Of a DNA stretch of 64,000 nt, positions 55,910-64,000 are shown in pieces; position 1 is the first letter of the stretch, and every line of letters starts with the position of its first letter. A program made the translations under genes and the position numbers. The DNA comes from Dimorphilus gyrociliatus (Eukaryota; Animalia; Annelida). The notes under the pieces are model-generated. The model made no database searches and was not told the DNA's origin. It saw nothing but the letters and a program-made list of their open reading frames with translations. Location of the stretch: the NCBI GenBank assembly GCA_904063045.1, contig CAJFCJ010000018.1, forward strand, positions 620,001 through 684,000, written 5' to 3'.

Positions 55910-56662
55910 GGAGCAGATTTATTTTATATCTCATATCAAATTTTAATTTGTTTCGCTTAAAGTAGTGCATTAGCATTCTAGAGTGTGGTGCCATTTGTTT
56001 TAGTTCCGTTGGCTTACAATGAAGAAAGAAATTTGATAAATGATAACGTGTTCCATTTGTTGCTTAGACATAAACTTTTCTATGTCTGATTAAAATGAAT
56101 CTAGTTGAAATTCTACGTATTTCCGTTGAGCTTTGTATAAAATAATCTGCTGAATCTCTTTTGTTTATCGCGAATAAAAAATATCTTAACAAGTCTTTGT
56201 GTACATAAATCAGTTAGTTAAACTCATTAGTAAAGTTGAGTTATTCAATTCTCTCAAACTATAACAAGTAGGGAAATTTTTGTTTCGTTTTTTTAGATAA
56301 TAAACGAATCACTAACTTGACAACCAAACCAGTAACTCATACCAAAACCTGTTATACTTAAAGCCATGCTTTTTATAAATACTTTGATGTTAATAAAAAG
56401 CATATCAAACATGTCAACGTAGATGATTCAGGGTAAAAGAACTTGAGTAGGATATAGTAGTAAGCCTATTAGCGTCCAGATAGGAAATAAACAATACATA
56501 ACAAAACATTTCAGGTAAATTTTCATTCTTTCTCTTATATTTAATATAACTGTACAATACATCGTTCAGAATTAATTCTTGAAATACATTGTAAATGAAG
56601 TGCGCAACTGACGTGTGACCAAGAAGTCCACATAATTTGTAATATCATAGCTAAAGCTGAAA

Positions 56663-58277
56663 TTATCGTTTAATATGAGAGGTAATCCACTCTAGTCCTT
56701 GATATAATCTGAAAATACGATATTAATAATAAATATTCAAAGTATAAAATACTATAATTGAATGGAATGTAAAAATTATTTACCCTTCGCCAGTTAATGC
56801 ACAGCATGCTTGTATATGCCAGGGATGCTGTTTAACTGAGGTTAAACTTAACTGCTGTGAGATCTCAGCGGCCGACATGGCACCTTTTATGTCTTGCTTA
56901 TTTGCAAAAATCAAAACTGCAGCTTTCTTCAAGTCCTATAAGTATCCAGTATTAACTTTTACAAATATCAATAAGCAACATTATAAAATATACCTCGCAA
57001 GCTAGCATTTTACATAATTCCTCCTTAGTTATACTCAATCTTTCCCTATCCGTAGAATCGACGACTAGTATAACAAACTGAAAATCACAATGGAAACAGA
57101 TTTACTTGATTATCAAATCAGAATGATAAAGGAAATTTGGTAAAATTTTTGATAAGAAAGACAATCAGATAAAATATTGTGAGAGTGATTTGAAATAGAG
57201 ATAAAATGTTAATATATTCAATATTTAAATTACCTGAGCATTTGTATAATACGTTGACCAAGAAGATCGCAAACTCTCTTGCCCTCCTATATCCCACATA
57301 AGAAAATGAATATTTTTCCAAATTACTTCCTCTACGTTTGATCCGATAGTAGGAGACGTATGAACAACTTCATTCATCAAACTGTAGTGAAAACAAAATT
57401 AGTTAGTTTTGTCAAAATAGCTTGTATATATTTACTATAGCCTTAAAAATAATCACATAAGTAATTGATAAAAGAAGAAATCCTATTATACTAAATACAA
57501 AATTATACAATTTACGTGAGAAAAACAACATAATTAAAACACCTTATAAGGGGTTTAAAAAGAGTTCATTTTATCTACTGTGATACTTTAGGATATTTCA
57601 AAAGGAGACATTGGCGTTTCTTAACGTCTTATCTGTTGACTTTCATCTCTAGCTTCTCCAATTAGAAAATCATTAAATACACTTTATGTTAACGTAATTC
57701 ATGAATTTTAATACGTTTTTTTTTTAAACTTTTAGTTTAAAATAGAAGTACACTAAAACAAGATAGCTATAAGTTTCAATGAAAATACTTAGAGTTCTTT
57801 TTTATCTTTGGAAGTGATAAATTGAGATTTACATAAAGGTTGCTATGAGCTAAATTATAAATTTGCTTCAAATTATGAAAACAAAACTTTTTAGCAAGAA
57901 TATTTAGCAATTTTTGTAATCAAATATATAATTAATTAATACTCCAAGTTTATTGAAAATGAGACTAATTTGCTTTAGTCTTTCAAATTTTCAAAATTTT
58001 CATTCAATTGAGAATAAATATTTAAATTCTTCGTCCTTGTATTATACACGATTAATCTTAATTTTAAAATGTCTTTGACCTGCTAGTAATTTAATCAAAC
58101 ACTTACAACTGATAGAGTATCGTCGTTTTTCCAGCATTATCAAGTCCCACAATAATTACCTTATGTTCTATTAGAATGAACAGGATAGAAATTATAAGAT
58201 TTGTTTATATGAAGAAAGAAAGAAACGTTACCTTCATTGGTAAACAACCTCCAAAGCTTTGTAAACAGTAATCCCAT
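56663..58277 (-). CDS. ARL5: ADP-ribosylation factor-like GTPase 5 (6 exons, not in ORF track)
   Basis: Spliced translation [15 protein letters not shown]|[21 protein letters not shown]|[18 protein letters not shown]...[13 protein letters not shown]...[14 protein letters not shown]...FANKQD...CCALTGEG|[14 protein letters not shown]. Exon 1 58277-58232, exon 2 58167-58107, last exon 56708-56663. Confidence 0.96.
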
Positions 58278-59197
58278 ACTGTTGCAATTTTTGTCAACAT
58301 TAGGTGAGTAGCACCGTCTTTATATTTAATTTGATGTATTCCTACGAAAAATTAAGGCTAAAATCTTTAAAATAAACTCATTTAGAGGAAGTTATATTTC
58401 ATAAAGGCAGAACTACGACGAACAAAAGATGATTACATTGAGCGTTGTCTGCTAGCGATGTCGTCAAAAATCATTGTCGTAAATAAATTGTTGTTACTTT
58501 TCTAAACAACCTTCCGTTATTAAAATATATAGAGGTATAAATTTAAAATCTTTTTGGATTATACGAAATTTACTCCCTCAAACCGATCACTGAACGGTTC
58601 GAGTAAACCGATCAAATCTTTGAAATTTCCGTATAAAGTTTAACAATAAACAAGAGATGAAAAACGGAAAAGTGTGAGTTTTGTTCAGTTAAGACAACTT
58701 AAAATACATCTTTTATTTATTGTAGTGATATTAAAATTCCCTTTCGTTGTCACGAAGAAGCTGTGATTGCATATAATTCTCTTAGAGTGGATAAAGAACC
58801 CAAGCGAAGCACTGTTCAACGAACTCTCGCAGTGGAGGATAACGTTTTAAATATGTTTGTTGCATTAACAGTTTATTAATTTAGCTTGACATTATTCTAT
58901 TCTGCAGAGTTTTTCGATCAAATGAAGCACGACAATTAAGAGTGAGCGTAAATGGGTTTCTAGATCTACTGGTCCTTGTTTTGGACACAATAGGACAATA
59001 TGCTGAATAAATCTGACTGTTTTAAGTTTTTGCATATTTTTCCTGTGTTTATTGTTATTTATAATAAAGTCTTATATTCTGTATAGCGAAGAACATGCTT
59101 TTTTTTTCACATACTTAGGCCTACATTTATGTCAGTCTGGTTTCGATTTGTCGAGTAGACAGGTTTCGTATTCAATAGTAATAAGCAAGTTCAAGAA

Positions 59198-61643
59198 ATG
59201 GATTCTGATGTATCTTCTTTAACAATAATTGCTAAAGCTTTAAAAGCTCAGGTAACACTCGCAACTTGTGATAGATAGTCATATTTATAACATTACTTTA
59301 ATTTGCTGTGTTTTGTAGGGCGTAGAGTATATGTTTGGTATAGGTAAGATTAATGCATTAAAACTAGAAAATATTTGATAAAAAAAATTATCACAGTTGG
59401 TGTACCTGTAATAGAACTAGCTAATGCTGCTCAGATAGAAGGGATAAAGTATGTTGGAATGCGAAATGAGCAAGCGGTAAGTTATAACAATTCTAAAGTT
59501 CAAATTTTCTGACGAATACTTTCATTAGGCTGCTTATGCCGCGCAAGCAATTGGATATATTACTGGGAGGCCGGCGGTCTGTTTGACTGTCTCCGGACCT
59601 GGTGTGCTACATGTTCTTGGAGGAATGGCAAATGCTAATGAGAATGCATGGTAAAATACTTCATGATCGATTTAAGGCAGTTGTTGCTAATAGTTTCATG
59701 TAGGCCCCTAATAGTAATTGGTGGATCCAGTGAGGCTCACCAAGAAGGAATGGGAGGCTTCCAAGAGTATCCTCAAACAAGTATATGTAAAGAATTTGCA
59801 AAATTTTCGGCCAGACCCCCGTCAGTAGAGAAGATTCCTTTCTTCGTTGAGAAAGCTGTTCGATATTCTATATATGGAAGGCCAGGAAGCGTTTATCTAG
59901 ACTTTCCAGGCGATATGCTCAAAGAAAACATTTCATCTTCCATTATTCAGTATGTTAAAAGGAAAAGTTTTTATGAGTTTCCCAGAAAAAATATGAAACT
60001 GTTTATTTCAAATACTCAGATATCCTGAACGTGTACCTGATCCCCCTAGACCGCTAGCGCCATTAAGTTCCATTGATGCTACATTAGAGTTGCTTAGGAA
60101 TGCTCAAAGACCTTTAGTCATTGTCGGTAAGGGAGCTGCATACTGTAGAGCAGAACATGAGGTTAGGCAATTGATAAATTCTTTGAATATTCCTTTCCTC
60201 CCAACGCCTATGGGTAAAGGTGTAGTTCCGGATGATCATCCGCTTTGCGTAGCTCCTGCTAGATCAAGGTACTTTGACTAACAGAAAGTTGTTTAACTTA
60301 TTATTGACGTAAAAAATAGGGCTTTGCAGAAGGCGGATGTCGTTCTTCTACTGGGGGCTCGACTAAATTGGATCTTGCACTTTGGATTACCACCAAGATT
60401 TGACAAAGACGTAAAAATCATACAAGTTGATATTTGTCCCGAAGAACTAAATAATAATGTCCGGTCGGCTGTAAGCGTTCATGGTGATTTGAAAGTATTT
60501 GTAAATCAGGTAAGCAATAAAGATCTACTTTGCTTGTTTTCAAATCCCTTTATATATCAACAGTTAAACACAAGAATTTCTGAAAAAGATGCTACAAGTT
60601 CCTATCCCAAAATTAATGATTGGTGGGAAATGCTAAAGAATAAATGTGAAGACAATAAATTAACAACACAACAATTAATTTCTAAAGAAACCATTCCAAT
60701 TAATTATTACACTGCTTTTCACGAGGTATAGAATTGATATAACTAATACTTTTGTCAAGTGTAGTATTTCAAAATAGCTAACGAAAGTGATTCCGAGAGA
60801 TGCTTTCATTATAAGTGAAGGATCCAACACAATGGATATTGGGAGAACGATGATGAACAATTATTTAGCAAGACATCGGTTGGCATTCATTTAATTTCAC
60901 TATAACAAATTTGTGCATTTTGTTGCCATTCGTTTTAAGAAAAATATTACATTCCCAAATAAGCAATAATATTCTATTTAAAGGTTGGATGCCGGTACTT
61001 TTGGTACAATGGGCGTCGGGTTAGGATTTGCTATTGCTTGCGCCTTGTGGGCTAAAGATAACGCTCCTGAAAAAAAGATAGTATGCGTTGAAGGAGACAG
61101 TGCCTTCGGATTTTCTGGAATGGAATTGGAAACTGTTTGCAGGTTTAGCAATAAATCTTAGCTCTTACTTTTTCTATCAAATACTAATTATTTTCCCTTT
61201 TAAGATATGATCTTCCTATTACTTTTGTTGTTTTAAATAATAACGGAATTTTTATGGGGATTGACGAACAAATGTATAGTGCCTCCCAGGGCACTGAAAA
61301 ATCCTTAAGGTATGGCTACAGCAATACGTACAAGTGTTTTTAAACTCTTTTCATTACAGCTTACCGGCCTTAGCATTAAAACCAAATGCTAGATATGAAA
61401 AAGTAATAGAAGCCTTTGGTGGAAAAGGCTTTTTTATTACAAAACCATCAGAAATAGAACCAACAATGTCGCAATGTCTTAAATCAAACCAACCTTGTCT
61501 AATTAACATTATGATCGACCCGGTATCAGGAAAGAAAGTCCAGGTACAGTTTTAGTAAAAGCATTTCATTTATAAATCTCAATAATTCATTATTTTAGGA
61601 GTTTGCTTGGTTAACAACTGAAAAATCAGAAGCAAAATTATAA
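59198..61643 (+). CDS. HACL1: 2-hydroxyacyl-CoA lyase 1 (TPP-dependent, peroxisomal)
   Basis: Multi-exon. [45 protein letters not shown] and [13 protein letters not shown] motifs; C-terminal PTS1-like AKL. Confidence 0.96.
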
Positions 61644-62300
61644 CTTTCAATATATCAATTATGCAATATTTGATTAATTTGATGTGAGAAGTTTGATTTT
61701 CAAAAATACTTATTCTCTAATCAAACCGAATAAACCTATTGTTTGGGTAGCTTAATAATAAAATGAAATTATTCAATCACATCACATAATATAAGGATTA
61801 TTTGAATTTTACATTTCGATTATAGTATGACGAACGAATCCTTAAAAAATTTTCCATTTTCTTGGAAGACAGTTTTTTCATTTAAAAAGCCTTAAAATTC
61901 TTCAAGGTCTTAAAAACATTTTTCCTTTAGATTTTTTCCATTATTTAATTTTCGATTTTTCAATGTCATAAAGATATCTGACAAAAAAAAACAAGAAAAC
62001 TATTTAATATATTACTTGTTGAAATTAGAAACTTTCCAATTGCTTCTCAGTCAGTATATCCAAAAGTAAAAAGGCACGATACTTAAAGAAACTTGCTTTC
62101 AATTTTCTGGACACTGAATATTACATTCCCACTCAGAACTGTTTTTGCTTGAGCAATCAGTTTTGTCTGTTCGTTATTATCGCTGTTGTTTATTATTATT
62201 TTTAAAGGCAATATTATGCTTTTATTTTAAAATATTTTTTAAGATTTTACCGTTTACATTTTAACTAATTTTGAGAAATTGTTTGGTGATAAGAAAGACC

Positions 62301-63963
62301 ATGTCTCGCTCTTTAAACTCACCCACGGGAACTTTTACTGGGATTCTTACTCCAGAAATGCAATTGGCAAGAATTCTTAGAGATATCGAAGGTACCAAGG
62401 ACTATATTACAAATATGTTTTAAGGCTAATTTCAATTTTATTGAAAACACTGATCTAGGGGATTTGATTCTCTTTCTAAGAGATGGGACATTTTAGAATC
62501 ATATGATCAATGTCTAATAATTGCGTAATGCATTGTTTTCTGTTCTAGATTGTATTGAAAAGCTGAAAGAAGAGTTCCAATATGACCATTTTCCTTTAAA
62601 TGATGACAAAGTAAGCGTTCAAAAGTTTTGTGCAAAAATCGAACTTCTTTTACAAGTTGGCTTAAAAGGTATATACAAAGTACATTTTTTCCTACAAGCT
62701 TAAAAGACTATAAGCCCTTTGAAAGAGAATTTTCCAAAGTAATAACTCACTTGGAACTAAAATTGACCTAATTTTGTGGGTCTTTCTTAAAATTCCAATT
62801 ACGGGGCTTCTATTTAAAGATATTGTCGCTAATATACTCCTTATTTATAAGCATTAATATCCTTAAATAGTAAATCATATATCTAATTTATTAGATAAAA
62901 GAAGCGTTTTAGGCAACAAAAAGGATTATTGGGATTATATTTGCCAATGTATATCTGGTCAGGATCATCTTGCCGATGCTGTACGACTTGTAAAGAGAAT
63001 ATCAGAGGTTAAAATTCTAGTCTTCTGCAACATTGATAATTTATAATATACCATATTTCTTAGATTAAAACTTCAAAGGGTAGGGGGAGAGCTTTAATAA
63101 GATTTTGTCTTGTTCATCAAAGATTGGCTGATACTTTGCAACATTGTGTTTTATCAATTGAAGTAACAAGGTAAATATTGTCTTCTCTCTTTAAATAAGA
63201 ATATTTGAGATAGCATAATTTTTCAACAAGAAAATGGTATCATCCCAAATCCTTGTTGTTTAACAAGAGAAATTCTATGGAATTGATAAACAGGCTGTAT
63301 GATTTGAATGATATTCAATTTGATTTACCTTGTCAAGGTTATGATCTCGATATTTCATGGCCTAGTTTTTCTCGGTAAGTTTTGATAATAATAATCTCAA
63401 GATAATAGTGATTTCATGTCGTCATTTTTCAGGAAAGTTCTCCCTATTACAGTAACTTCTCCCCCATCAATGCGAAATTCAATTAGCATGCAATCTTCGA
63501 TCGATGGTGCTAGTCAACATAGTTCATCACCAACTCAATCCGAATGCTCCCAGTTAGACGAAAGTATCCTTGATTCATTCGCCATTAAACTGGATCTACA
63601 AGTAAATTTTGCAATTTTTACCATTCAACGTTTTCATGAATGGGATTTAACAATTAAGTTTTAAAATAGGTAAAACTAGAAAATTTAGAAATGGAAAAGG
63701 CTGATTTGGCCAGAAAATTAAAAAATGCCGAAGAGGACAATATTAGAATAGAAGGAAAATGTAACGAATACGCTTTGAGGTTTAGTCTATTTTATTTTTT
63801 TAAAGTTTTTTTAATAATTAAATCTTTTAATATCTATAGATTAGAGTCAACAAAATCTGAAATGTTAATAAAGGAAAAAAGCTGGTCAGAAAAGGAAAAT
63901 GAACTTCGTGCAAGACTGCAAACTTCAGAAGATAAAGCAGAAAGTTTACAAGACAAAATTAAG
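62301..63963 (+). CDS. FYCO1: RUN-domain / coiled-coil protein, FYCO1-like (5' part; continues beyond window)
   Basis: Spliced translation ...[16 protein letters not shown]...KKDYWDYI...[25 protein letters not shown]...[21 protein letters not shown], followed by coiled coil. The FYVE domain is outside the window. Confidence 0.8.
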
Positions 63964-64000
63964 GTTTATCATCATATTACTTTCTTGTCATTACCGATTG

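Overview
AT-rich, intron-dense animal genomic DNA with many 50-70 nt GT-AG introns. It is not prokaryotic, so the ORF track fragments most genes and misses one (ARL5) completely. The left third holds the anterior end of an ordered, very compact Hox cluster: Hox3, Hox2/pb and Hox1/lab, all on +, within 12.6 kb. It is followed by KANSL1 (-), a hidden 4-exon orphan membrane protein (-), a ~777-aa orphan (+), a DPP4-family peptidase with a DPP6/10-like N-terminus (+), an alpha-1,3-fucosyltransferase (+), MALSU1 (-), FRRS1 (+), ARL5 (-), HACL1 (+) and the 5' part of FYCO1 (+). The Hox sequences and compaction suggest a small-genome spiralian, for example a meiofaunal annelid such as Dimorphilus; this is an unverified inference. 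Most notable observations: (1) an ATTGG-N11-CACGTG module with identical spacing just upstream of all three Hox genes and not seen elsewhere in the window; (2) a tandem pair of obligatorily mutually exclusive exons encoding the fourth heme-His helix of FRRS1; (3) an 8-kb apparent gene desert containing an array of phase-0 candidate alternative first exons for the DPP gene, interleaved with CTCF-like motifs; (4) CTCF-like motifs clustered at the 3' border of the Hox cluster. All gene models were spliced and translated by eye; no database search was run.
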